From: Nanoarchaeota archaeon SCGC AAA011-G17
GTDB lineage: Archaea; Nanobdellota; Nanobdellia; SCGC-AAA011-G17
DNA: 64,000 bases
Direction: 5' to 3'
Assembly: GCA_000402515.1 (NCBI GenBank)
Contig: AQRL01000035.1
Coordinates: 36,006 to 100,005, forward strand
The translations under genes were made by a program, and so were the position numbers. Under the pieces are notes generated by a model. It did not search any database, was not told the DNA's origin, and saw only the letters and a program-made list of their open reading frames with translations. Of the stretch, positions 39,252 through 48,385 are shown piece after piece (the first letter of the stretch is position 1; each line of letters begins with the position of its first letter).

Positions 39252-39301
39252 AAATTAATAATCGCAATAAGATATTTAAGCCTTTTGAATTTAGTATATT
39301 T

Positions 39302-40042
39302 ATGAAAATTGTTAAGGTTAAGAGCAGTTTGGGGGGATTAGGAAAAAGCAATAGTGAAGATGCTCCTGATTTGGTTGTTAATCAGTTAAGGAATTATACC
39401 CAGAATTTTGAAGTTGATGAGATTAAGATTATTAAAGAAAACCTTGATGAGACCAACAAAAACATTTCTGAGAAAGAAGGGGATATTTTTATCGGTGGGG
39501 ATCATAGTATAACTTACTCTTGTTTTAAAAATTTCTGTAAGAAACATAAAAATCCCGGGCTGCTTGTTTTTGATGCACATGCTGACTGCATGGATAATTT
39601 CAAGATTACACACGAGGACTGGCTAAATGTCTTGGTTGAAGAAAAACTGGTCAAACCTGAGAATGTTATTTTGGTCGGACTAAGAAAAATTGAGAAACAG
39701 GAATTTGAATACCTTAATAAGAAGAAAATAAAATTTTTCGGAATGGATAAATTATTTGGCAATATTGAGGATATTTGTGACACGATTATGGAAGACTTAA
39801 GGAGTTGTGATGGTTTGTATATTTCTGTTGATATTGATGTTGTTGATCCTGCATTTGCTCCTGGAACGGGCTATCCTGAACCGGGCGGATTAAGCAGCCA
39901 GGAAATACTTTATTTTACTAGAAGACTGAAATTGTTGAAGAATCTTAAAAGAGTTGATTTAGTAGAAATTAATCCTAAGAAAGATATTAGTGAAATGACT
40001 GTTAAACTTGGAGCTAGAATCATTTGTGAATTTCTTAAGTAA
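39302..40042 (+). CDS. Ureohydrolase-family protein (arginase/agmatinase-like)
   Basis: 'GGDHSITY', 'LVFDAHADC', 'ISVDIDVVDPAFAPGTGYPEPGGLS' Mn-binding motifs. Confidence 0.7.
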   Translation: MKIVKVKSSLGGLGKSNSEDAPDLVVNQLRNYTQNFEVDEIKIIKENLDETNKNISEKEGDIFIGGDHSITYSCFKNFCKKHKNPGLLVFDAHADCMDNFKITHEDWLNVLVEEKLVKPENVILVGLRKIEKQEFEYLNKKKIKFFGMDKLFGNIEDICDTIMEDLRSCDGLYISVDIDVVDPAFAPGTGYPEPGGLSSQEILYFTRRLKLLKNLKRVDLVEINPKKDISEMTVKLGARIICEFLK

Positions 40043-40078
40043 TATTTAAATAGAAGTTGTATCTTTCTAAGTTTATTT

Positions 40079-40432
40079 ATGGAAACATTAGTTGAAGGGG
40101 TGGATATAGGGTTAGAACATCAACTTAAAGCTATTAATGACAAAATTTTAATTCTGGATAAGTCAGTTTCTTCATTAGAAAAAGGGTTAAAAGAGGCATC
40201 TTCAAAAGAAGTAAAAAAAGACGACCCAATTTGTTATGCGTCTACTCTTGTCATGTTGCTTGGTTATTATCAGGAATTGAAGGAGGAATTTATAAATTTA
40301 GGCAGAAATTGTATGGGTTTAAAAAATAAGTTTCCGGATTTATCAGATAGTTCTATTAACAGAGAATATAAAATTAAACAAAGATTAGATGGAATTCACC
40401 AGAAATTCAATTCTTTACTGTACTCTCCATGA
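40079..40432 (+). CDS. hypothetical protein
   Basis: 117-aa ORF. Confidence 0.25.
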   Translation: METLVEGVDIGLEHQLKAINDKILILDKSVSSLEKGLKEASSKEVKKDDPICYASTLVMLLGYYQELKEEFINLGRNCMGLKNKFPDLSDSSINREYKIKQRLDGIHQKFNSLLYSP

Positions 40433-40950
40433 CAATGAGATGTTTCATAGCAATTGACGTTCCTGAAGATATTTCTGATAAATTAAAAGAATTACAAAAA
40501 AAATTTGAAAATTTAGCCAGCATTACTTTTCCAAAAATATTCCACTTAACTTTAAAATTTTTAGGAGAGATTAGTGAAGAACAGATTGAAGAGGTTAGAA
40601 ACAGCTTAAGAAAAGTAAAATTTAAACCATTTAACTTGGAATTAACTGAAATTGGAAGCTTTCCAGATGATAAAAGGATCAATGTTTTATGGATTGGTGT
40701 GGAGCCAGCTGATAAGGTGATTGAATTACAAGAAGAGATTGAGCAGAATTTAAATGGATTTGCCAGGGATTTAAGATTTCACCCGCATATAACTATTGGC
40801 AGAGTCAAATTTGTTAAAGACAAAGAGGGAATAAAAAGATTATTAAAGAGGAAAGTAGAAGGCAAATTTAGGGCAGAAAACTTTAGGCTTATTAAAAGTG
40901 AATTAATGCCTGAAGGTCCAAAATATACTAATTTAGGGGTCTATTCATGA
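40429..40950 (+). CDS. 2H phosphoesterase (2'-5' RNA ligase LigT/ThpR-like)
   Basis: Two H-x-T/S-x motifs: 'FHLTLKFLGE' and 'HPHITIGRV'. Confidence 0.75.
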   Translation: MTMRCFIAIDVPEDISDKLKELQKKFENLASITFPKIFHLTLKFLGEISEEQIEEVRNSLRKVKFKPFNLELTEIGSFPDDKRINVLWIGVEPADKVIELQEEIEQNLNGFARDLRFHPHITIGRVKFVKDKEGIKRLLKRKVEGKFRAENFRLIKSELMPEGPKYTNLGVYS

Positions 40951-41066
40951 AATGCGAACTGTGTGGAAAAGAGCTAAAAGAGAAAGAAAAGAAATTATGT
41001 AAGAATTGTTTTAAAAGGATTAATAGCCATAAATTTTTTTAGTACAATAATGTATATAAATTAGTA

Positions 41067-41438
41067 ATGCTTCCTATTTTTTTTAGGATGACGAATATTC
41101 CTAAAGTTGAAGAGATTGTATCTTTTTTTTATGATTATGTTGTGGGATTAGGTAATAAGGCATTACACAGCAATCTGGTGAAGGGGGAGTATATCACTGT
41201 TGAAAATTTTTCTTTGCCTGATAATGTTTATTCCAGAAGACTTTTTTACTTTCCATATTATGTTTTTTTAGAACATAATCGAGACCATATTAAGAATCCT
41301 TGGAGATTAAATGAGGACCATTGTTGGTTGATTAATGGAAATTTTCCAGAGAAAAAGGTTTTTGTTAATGAAGTTTTAGCTAAATATAAGCCCAATTTAG
41401 AAGAGAACTTAAGACTTGCTTTTCAATCTGTTTCATAA
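41067..41438 (+). CDS. hypothetical protein
   Basis: 123-aa ORF. Confidence 0.25.
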   Translation: MLPIFFRMTNIPKVEEIVSFFYDYVVGLGNKALHSNLVKGEYITVENFSLPDNVYSRRLFYFPYYVFLEHNRDHIKNPWRLNEDHCWLINGNFPEKKVFVNEVLAKYKPNLEENLRLAFQSVS

Positions 41439-43627
41439 AACTCATTTAAAATTCTTATAATTTCTTCTGTTTTTTTAGGGCCCATTTTATCAACTTTCTG
41501 AATTTTTTCTGGCTCTGCATTAATTAAGCTTTTTACTGTTTTGAATTCCAATAATAATGATTTTGCCAGAGATGGTCCAATACCCGGAAGAGATTCAATG
41601 ATAAACTCCTGTTGCTCTTTTGTTGTAAGCGGTTTTTTTTCCAGCCTTACCCCGATATCTTTTGATTCTGCATCCTGCTCTCTCTTTGCTATGACTTTTA
41701 TTAGTTCGGCAGTGTCTAGCTGATTCTTTGTTCTTATTATAGGTATGCCAAAAGAGATTGCAATTGTTGCCAGCATCCCCCTAATTGCATTTGGATGAAT
41801 GTTTCTTACTGAATATATATCTTCTTCCCCCTCCAGAATAATCAGCGGATTAGAAAAATTTTCTTTAAGGTTTTTTATCTGTGAGAATAACCTTTTATCA
41901 ATTATTGAGTTTACAAAGTCTTTTACATCCTTTCTTTCTATTCCTACTCTTTCACTGATTATATAATCTGCCACATCCAGATTTTTTGTTTCTACGGACA
42001 ATCCCAAGTTAATAAGCTCTTTTAGAATTGTTGACCCCTTTTCCCTTGAATCAGCAAATACCTTTAATTTCTTTTCATCTGTAAATTCCTTTAATGTTGA
42101 TTGCAGTTTTTCTAATTTCCCCTGCAATCTTTCTTTTAATTTTGATAAAAGCTCATTCATTCTTTTTTCTTTGTGAAAAGAAACCCAATAATACATTTCG
42201 TCCCGTGTATTCTTGGTCATTAAAACAATCACTCTGCCTTTTTCTAAACGTGCAGTTCTTCCCCTCCTTTGTATACTTCTTATTGCTGAGGGGATTGGCT
42301 CATAGAAAATTACTAAATCCACCTGCGGAATATCGAGGCCTTCTTCTCCAACAGATGAGCTTACAATAACATTATAATTGTTATTAGTAAAGTCCTCTAT
42401 AATTTTTACCTGTTCCCTTTGGGTTAATCCAGTGTCTGCTTTTTTTGCCTGTCCTACAAACAGTTTTGCCTTTACATTTTCTATTTTATTCAATTCTTTT
42501 TCTATAAAGGATGCCGATTCCCTATAATGATTAAATACCATAATTTTTATATCTTGTTTTTTAGAAATCTCATGCTGGATTATCTTTTTTAGTTCTGTTA
42601 TTTTTGGATGTTCTATATTCTCTTTTATTAAATTCTGTGTTTTTATATATGCAGAATGGAAGTTTAGATCTGCTGCTAAATTTTTAGTTGCTTTTACTTT
42701 TGTGTTTTCTGCTTCGTGATATAAATTTTTTAGGTAAACATACAAGGGATAGGCTCCCTGTGTCTCTAATAATTCCAGTGCATGTTCTATCTTGATTATT
42801 TCTGCAATCACTGAAATTGCCCGCATCACCTGAAAATCTTTTTCTCCCCTGATTAATTTTCCCTGCAGCGCTGCCTGTAGATTTAGGAGGTCTTTTTTTG
42901 TTAGGTCTGTGTTATTTACAACCCCTAGTTCTTTTATTATTCCTAATTTTGTTTTTAATGCTTCTTTTAGAAAGTTTCTCGTTTCTTGGAATTCTTCAGG
43001 GAGGGATAGTTTTATTAAATCAATATCTAATTTTTGGATATATGGAGCAACATCGGGAGAATCTTCTGTCCTTATTTCAACATCTTCAATAAATAAATTT
43101 TTTGAAACATGCTCTATTTTTTCTAAAGTGTCTCCAGGGGAGGCTGTTAGCCCTATAATCCTTGGAAATCTTGCTTTTTTATGATACTGTTTTGATATCC
43201 AGGTATAGGCGTAATTTTGCACGGCTCTGTGACACTCATCAAATACCAGCAAAGAGACATCCTCAAGATTTATCCTTTCATTGACAATATCTGATTCTAT
43301 TGTCTGCGGTGTTGCTACAACTACATTTGCTGCTTCCCAAAGCTCTTTTCTTTTTAATGGAAGAACTGTACCTGTAAATAACTCTACATTCCCTATATTA
43401 CTATGGGTCTGAATTGTTTTTTGATGCTGAGAGCATAAGGGCTTAGTCGGCGCTAAAATTAAAACCTTGGATTTTTGGAAATTATTAAGGCGTGAAATTG
43501 CAGCTAAAAGAAAGATGATGCTTTTTCCCATTCCCGTGGGCAATACTATTAATGTGTTTTTTTTGATTATGGTTGCAAGAATTGTTTCCTGGTATAACCT
43601 TGGTTTTAAATCTTTAATTTCAAACAT
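41423..43627 (-). CDS. hef: Hef helicase-nuclease (archaeal XPF/FANCM homolog)
   Basis: 'VLPTGMGKS' Walker A and 'DECH' box. C-terminal XPF nuclease 'VGIERKDVKDFVNSI' (ERK motif). Terminal HhH2 'GIGPSLAKSLLLEF'. Confidence 0.85.
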   Translation of the reverse strand: MFEIKDLKPRLYQETILATIIKKNTLIVLPTGMGKSIIFLLAAISRLNNFQKSKVLILAPTKPLCSQHQKTIQTHSNIGNVELFTGTVLPLKRKELWEAANVVVATPQTIESDIVNERINLEDVSLLVFDECHRAVQNYAYTWISKQYHKKARFPRIIGLTASPGDTLEKIEHVSKNLFIEDVEIRTEDSPDVAPYIQKLDIDLIKLSLPEEFQETRNFLKEALKTKLGIIKELGVVNNTDLTKKDLLNLQAALQGKLIRGEKDFQVMRAISVIAEIIKIEHALELLETQGAYPLYVYLKNLYHEAENTKVKATKNLAADLNFHSAYIKTQNLIKENIEHPKITELKKIIQHEISKKQDIKIMVFNHYRESASFIEKELNKIENVKAKLFVGQAKKADTGLTQREQVKIIEDFTNNNYNVIVSSSVGEEGLDIPQVDLVIFYEPIPSAIRSIQRRGRTARLEKGRVIVLMTKNTRDEMYYWVSFHKEKRMNELLSKLKERLQGKLEKLQSTLKEFTDEKKLKVFADSREKGSTILKELINLGLSVETKNLDVADYIISERVGIERKDVKDFVNSIIDKRLFSQIKNLKENFSNPLIILEGEEDIYSVRNIHPNAIRGMLATIAISFGIPIIRTKNQLDTAELIKVIAKREQDAESKDIGVRLEKKPLTTKEQQEFIIESLPGIGPSLAKSLLLEFKTVKSLINAEPEKIQKVDKMGPKKTEEIIRILNEFYETD

Positions 43628-43668
43628 TTTCAGAAAGTTTTATTAAATTACCCCCTATCTTTTGATCA

Positions 43669-43935
43669 ATGATTGTTAACCTCTTCGGCATTATGGACTT
43701 TTTAGCAAGCATCGCTTTTGTGATGATTAGTTTTGGCTGGTTTAAAGGTTTTGCTATTTTTATGGCTCTTTATTTAATTATAAAAGGAATTATATTCTTT
43801 AGTGATATTGTCAGCTGGATTGATTTTGCCTGCGGTGTTTATTTATTATTAATTGTTATTGGGGTCAACCCCATTCTCAGTGTTTTATGTATTATCTGGC
43901 TGTTACAAAAAGCAATAATCAGTTTTTTTAGCTAA
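43669..43935 (+). CDS. small membrane protein (3 TM)
   Basis: Hydrophobic 88-aa ORF. Confidence 0.3.
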   Translation: MIVNLFGIMDFLASIAFVMISFGWFKGFAIFMALYLIIKGIIFFSDIVSWIDFACGVYLLLIVIGVNPILSVLCIIWLLQKAIISFFS

Positions 43936-43937
43936 AT

Positions 43938-44681
43938 TTATTGTGAATATTCTTTATAATAAAAATAAAAGGTTGTTAATATTACTGCTAAAACCCCTGC
44001 AAGGATTATTGAAAGTATTACCGGGAATAAATATAAAAAGCTTACAGATGCTACTATAAAACTAATGCTCAAAACATAAAATATTCTATTTCCAAAAAAT
44101 ATTTTACTTCCATTTAGGGGAGGCAAGGGAAGAATGTTTACTATTGCCATTGTTGCTGCAATATACATCCCCTTTTCAAAGAAAGGCAGGCCGGTTAAAC
44201 TAAGCAACTTAAATGCAATTACAAAAATTAGACTGACTATTGTTCCAGCAAATGCAATTTTTGCTTCTTCAAATTCTGTAAGCCTTGTAAATCTTCTTCC
44301 TGTTCTTTTTAATTGATCATCTTCTGTTGAAAAGCCACCAACCATTGGCAGGGCTAGTGAACCATTTGAAATTACTGAGAATACCAAAGGAACAATTATT
44401 CCCATATATATTTTAGTTTTAATAATGTGGGTTATGTACCTTGGCGCTTTTATTTTCCAAAGTGAGTAAAATACATTTACTCCCCACCTTTCTCCTATTA
44501 CCTTTTCTATGTACACCTGGGTGAGTAATATAATTGCAGAAAGAATTATTGCTCTTATTAAATTTTTTATCCCAATTATAAAATTAAAGCTTTCAATACC
44601 CCACTCATTAAATGAAAATATAAATCCTAGGATTAAAATTACTATTGTTAATTCGGCTGTTTCTTTTTTTGTGAATAGCAT
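43938..44681 (-). CDS. Membrane protein resembling site-2 protease (M50) but lacking HExxH
   Basis: 'NILPLPPLNGSKIF' matches the M50 'LLPxPPLDGG' motif. No HExxH is found. Confidence 0.35.
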   Translation of the reverse strand: MLFTKKETAELTIVILILGFIFSFNEWGIESFNFIIGIKNLIRAIILSAIILLTQVYIEKVIGERWGVNVFYSLWKIKAPRYITHIIKTKIYMGIIVPLVFSVISNGSLALPMVGGFSTEDDQLKRTGRRFTRLTEFEEAKIAFAGTIVSLIFVIAFKLLSLTGLPFFEKGMYIAATMAIVNILPLPPLNGSKIFFGNRIFYVLSISFIVASVSFLYLFPVILSIILAGVLAVILTTFYFYYKEYSQ

Positions 44682-45313
44682 TTTATTGTATTTATTATTC
44701 CCTCCTCATGCCCTGCTCCCAATACTGCCACTACTTTTTTATTTGCTGACATCAGGGAATATAATCTTTTTGCCATGAATACATCTCTTTCTTCAACCAG
44801 TACCTTATAGATTGAAGGATATCTTTTTTTCACTATTTTCAGCAATTTATTTATAATCTTTTTTTCTGGGACTCTTGTTAAGTCTATTTTTAATTCCTCT
44901 GACGGGATTAATGATGATTTTATTATATCATATATTATTTTTATCTTTTCTTTAAATGTTAATTGCTTTTTTAATCTTTTTAATGTAATTCTTATATCCT
45001 GGTCAATTAATGCAATCTGTATTTTATTTTTTTCGGCTAATTTTACTGCTTCTTTCATTTCAGCGCCCGGTGAGACGCCTACTTTTTCACCTAATTTTTT
45101 TTCTATATATGCACCTATTAAGTTGAGCAAGTTTATATTCTTTATGTTAAATTTTTCTTTTTTGTCAAAAATCAGCTTGTTAAATCTTAAGGGGTCTAAT
45201 TCCAGGGCAATAATATCAGGAGATTCATTTTTTATGACAGAATTAACCTCGTTTATGCTTTGTTTTGCAATGTGGGATGTTCCAATAATCACCAAGTTTT
45301 TATATTTTAACAT
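44648..45313 (-). CDS. TraB/PrgY/GumN-family protein
   Basis: 'VIIGTSHIAKQS...IIALELD' N-terminal signature. Confidence 0.5.
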   Translation of the reverse strand: MLKYKNLVIIGTSHIAKQSINEVNSVIKNESPDIIALELDPLRFNKLIFDKKEKFNIKNINLLNLIGAYIEKKLGEKVGVSPGAEMKEAVKLAEKNKIQIALIDQDIRITLKRLKKQLTFKEKIKIIYDIIKSSLIPSEELKIDLTRVPEKKIINKLLKIVKKRYPSIYKVLVEERDVFMAKRLYSLMSANKKVVAVLGAGHEEGIINTIKCYSQKKKQPN

Positions 45314-45389
45314 ATATTGCAGAAGGAAAATCTTTATATATATAAAATGTATCTTAAGAGGTTAAGAGCAAGACTAAAAGGAGGCTAAA

Positions 45390-45671
45390 ATGCTAAAAAC
45401 TAAAAAAATAAGTGATTCGATTGATATGCGCGTTTTTACAGACGTGGGTGAGTATTTCGGGGATGTTGAGGAATGCATACTTACATTAAATAAGATTTCT
45501 GGATGGAGAGTTAAAGCTACTAGAACATCAACTTTGAGTAAGTTATTGGGCGGAGCAAAAGGTGTCATTGTACCTCATCAGCTTGTTAAGGCTATGGGCG
45601 ATGTAATGATAATAAGCAAGGCTGCAATACCATCTTATACGGAAGAAGAAAAACAAGACGAAACTATTTAG
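45390..45671 (+). CDS. PRC-barrel-like small protein
   Basis: 'GEYFGDVEECILTLNKISGWRV...GVIVPHQLVKAMGDVMIISKA'. Confidence 0.4.
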   Translation: MLKTKKISDSIDMRVFTDVGEYFGDVEECILTLNKISGWRVKATRTSTLSKLLGGAKGVIVPHQLVKAMGDVMIISKAAIPSYTEEEKQDETI

Positions 45672-45711
45672 AAAGGAAACTTTTAAATAGGAAATCTACT
45701 AATCTTCTCTT

Positions 45712-46260
45712 ATGGCAGACAGTGCACTAGGGGTGACTATTGAATTTTTTAAGAGATTCGGCATCTTTGATGTAGTTCTTCCATTTTTACTTGTTTTTAC
45801 TGTTGTCTTTGCTATTTTACAGAAAAGCCAGATATTAGGCGAGAATAAGAAGAATCTGGATGCTACTGTTGCTTTTGTAGTTGCAATGCTTGTTGTTGCT
45901 GCTACCAGAATTGTTGGAGTTATAAATGAGGCCTTACCTGCAGTTGTTTTGCTTATAATTGTGTCTATGTCTTTTTTGTTGTTAGTTGGAATGTTTGTTA
46001 AACCAGGGGAGATTTTTAAGAATTTAGAGGGTCCATGGGTTAAATTTTTGATGATTTTACTTTTTATTGCAGTACTTTTAATATTCTTAGCAAATATAAG
46101 AATGGAAAATGGGGATAGCTGGCTGGAGTATACCCTGAGTTATGTTAGTGTTTATTGGAGCGGGGCAGTTGTCGGCTCTATTATTTTAGTTGTAATATTT
46201 ATAGCTGCAATTGTTTGGGTTACAATTGGTGAAAAAGATAAGAAGAAAAAGGAGGATTGA
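45712..46260 (+). CDS. Membrane protein, paralog 1 of tandem triad
   Basis: 'FDVVLPFLLVFTVVFAILQKSQILGENKKNLDATVAFVVAML', shared with the next two ORFs. 4 TM helices. Overlaps the next gene by 4 nt. Confidence 0.4.
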   Translation: MADSALGVTIEFFKRFGIFDVVLPFLLVFTVVFAILQKSQILGENKKNLDATVAFVVAMLVVAATRIVGVINEALPAVVLLIIVSMSFLLLVGMFVKPGEIFKNLEGPWVKFLMILLFIAVLLIFLANIRMENGDSWLEYTLSYVSVYWSGAVVGSIILVVIFIAAIVWVTIGEKDKKKKED

Positions 46261-46811
46261 TTATGGTTTTAGAGCAAGTTGATTTTGGCGGGATGTTTAA
46301 TTGGTTTGGAAGTATGGGGGGATTTGATGTTATTTTACCTTTCCTGTTAGTATTTACTCTTATTTTTGCTTTAATGGAGAAGGTTAAATTATTTGGGGAT
46401 AAAAAGAAAAATGTGCATGTTATAGTTGCTTTTGTTGCTGCTGCGTTTGTAGTTGCACAACCAGATATTGTTTTTTTAATCCGCGGGTTTATACCTAATG
46501 TTAGTATGTTTATTTTAATTATATTAATGGGTTTATTAGTTATGGGTATGTTTGGCTTAACTGGTGATACCAAATGGTCGTGGGGCTTTGCTGTTATTGT
46601 AGCTGTTGTGGCTATTTTGTGGAGTTTGAGCGCTGCTACTAGTGCCTATTACTGGCCATTTTATGACCTACTTACTTCGCAGGATATTGCATGGCTTATT
46701 GCAATTGGTGTTTTTATTTTAGTGATATGGCTTATTGTTAAAGAACCAGGAGATAAAAATAAACCAAATAAATTTTGGGATTGGGCTTCGGAAAAAATTC
46801 AGGGGAAATAA
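46257..46811 (+). CDS. Membrane protein, paralog 2 of tandem triad
   Basis: 'FDVILPFLLVFTLIFALMEKVKLFGDKKKNVHVIVAFVAAAF'. Confidence 0.4.
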   Translation: MIMVLEQVDFGGMFNWFGSMGGFDVILPFLLVFTLIFALMEKVKLFGDKKKNVHVIVAFVAAAFVVAQPDIVFLIRGFIPNVSMFILIILMGLLVMGMFGLTGDTKWSWGFAVIVAVVAILWSLSAATSAYYWPFYDLLTSQDIAWLIAIGVFILVIWLIVKEPGDKNKPNKFWDWASEKIQGK

Positions 46812-46814
46812 ATT

Positions 46815-47336
46815 ATGGCTAGTCTTTTAGATACGGGATTACTTGGATATGTTGCTCCAATCTTTTCTTTCTTATTGGTTTATGCTGTTATTTATGCTAT
46901 ACTCCTCAAGAGTAAAATTTTTGGAGAGAATAATTTAATAAATAGTGTAATTCCCTTGGCAGTTTCTGTTATGTTTTTATTAATGCCTGGTGCTGTTGAT
47001 TTTGTTAACTTTATAACTCCCTGGTTTGTTGTCTTGGTGATTGTTGGCTTTGCTGTTGCTCTGTTATTCTTGTTTTTGGGCGCTGAAAAAAGCACTGTTC
47101 AGGGATGGATGAGTAATCCGACTATTTACTGGACTGCATTGATTTTTGGGATGATAATTATTGTAGCTGGACTAACCCATGTCTTTGGAAATTTTTTTGG
47201 ACAGCCAGATACTGGCAGCGGTTCAATTGGTTCAGAGGTACAGTTTTCAATTTTTAATCCAAAAATTATTGCTACTATCTTTGTTTTGATAATTGCAACC
47301 TTTGCTATTAAATTTATATCAGAAGAAACCAAATAA
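46815..47336 (+). CDS. Membrane protein, paralog 3 of tandem triad
   Basis: 'VAPIFSFLLVYAVIYAILLKSKIFGENNLINSVIPLAVSVMF'. Confidence 0.4.
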   Translation: MASLLDTGLLGYVAPIFSFLLVYAVIYAILLKSKIFGENNLINSVIPLAVSVMFLLMPGAVDFVNFITPWFVVLVIVGFAVALLFLFLGAEKSTVQGWMSNPTIYWTALIFGMIIIVAGLTHVFGNFFGQPDTGSGSIGSEVQFSIFNPKIIATIFVLIIATFAIKFISEETK

Positions 47337-47975
47337 TTATTTCTTTTTCATTGCTTCAGTAATTCTTCCTAATTCCTTAACATTCATGGTTAAGGGCTCC
47401 ATTATTTTCTGGAATACCTGGTTTAGCGCTTTCATTTCTGCACTCACTCCACCTATATTTTTATTGTATTCATTTACTTTTCCAATTACTCCTACTTGTA
47501 GATTTTCAAAAGAATTTCTTAATCTTATTATTTCCTGTTTTATTGCTTCTATTTCTTCTATTGTTTTTTCTTTCCAGAGATTAATATCCCCAACATCTGC
47601 CATTAACTGATCCCATTTTTCGTTTATTATCTCTTCTGCTATCTCCTCTATTTGTTCTATATACTGTCTTTGTGATGGAATTTTTGTCGGCTCTGCATTA
47701 GGAAGCTTATACTTTTGCTGATAAGAAGATGGTTCTGCATATTCTTCAGGCTGGGTCATATAATCTTCCTGCCCTTCTTCCTGTTCTGGCTCACCTGGGC
47801 TTGGAGCCTCTAAACTAAAATCTTCAGAAGGGGGCTGTACGTTAAAATCTTCCATGCCCTGATAGATATCTTTGCTAGAATGCCCTTCTTGTTTTAAATT
47901 ACTAACTATAGATGGATCGGATATTCCTCTTGATTTCATAGTCTGTATTTTTTTCTTAATTATTTGCGGGGGCAT
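47337..47975 (-). CDS. Acidic coiled-coil protein (possible pilus/archaellum accessory)
   Basis: Glu/Pro-rich linker plus C-terminal coiled-coil. Divergent from the pilus ATPase. Confidence 0.3.
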   Translation of the reverse strand: MPPQIIKKKIQTMKSRGISDPSIVSNLKQEGHSSKDIYQGMEDFNVQPPSEDFSLEAPSPGEPEQEEGQEDYMTQPEEYAEPSSYQQKYKLPNAEPTKIPSQRQYIEQIEEIAEEIINEKWDQLMADVGDINLWKEKTIEEIEAIKQEIIRLRNSFENLQVGVIGKVNEYNKNIGGVSAEMKALNQVFQKIMEPLTMNVKELGRITEAMKKK

Positions 47976-48312
47976 TTCCTTTATCTTTTAAACTCTTATC
48001 AATTAGTAGTTTTACCTCTTTTTCTGTTGTAAAATGAAGGGGGTTCCACAGGTTAATATATCTTTCTAAAACTTTTAAGTCATCCTTTCTTGCAAAGGCC
48101 TCTACTTCTGTTATCATATGCCTAATTGTTTGTTTGACTTTTGTAAGGTCTGCTTTTATCCCTTTCATTTCATTATTGATATTTTTTAGTTGCAGGTTTA
48201 TACTTCTGTATTCTTCAATCATATTCTGGTCTGTTACAAATATTCTATCCCTAAGAATTACGACTTTATTTTCTATATCCCTTACTCTTCCAATTACATC
48301 CTCTTCAGGCAT
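47956..48312 (-). CDS. Coiled-coil protein
   Basis: 118-aa heptad-rich ORF overlapping the next gene. Confidence 0.3.
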   Translation of the reverse strand: MPEEDVIGRVRDIENKVVILRDRIFVTDQNMIEEYRSINLQLKNINNEMKGIKADLTKVKQTIRHMITEVEAFARKDDLKVLERYINLWNPLHFTTEKEVKLLIDKSLKDKGNAPANN

Positions 48313-48385
48313 TTTAAAGAATAATGTTTTCTTATATATTAATTTAATGGTTAGGTTTATATAATTCTGTTATAATTATTAATTT

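Noticed and set aside
47337-48312. Calling the two coiled-coil genes FlaC/D/E archaellum components.
   Set aside because: Only coiled-coil character is evident and no FlaH/FlaF/FlaG are present. Left as accessory candidates.
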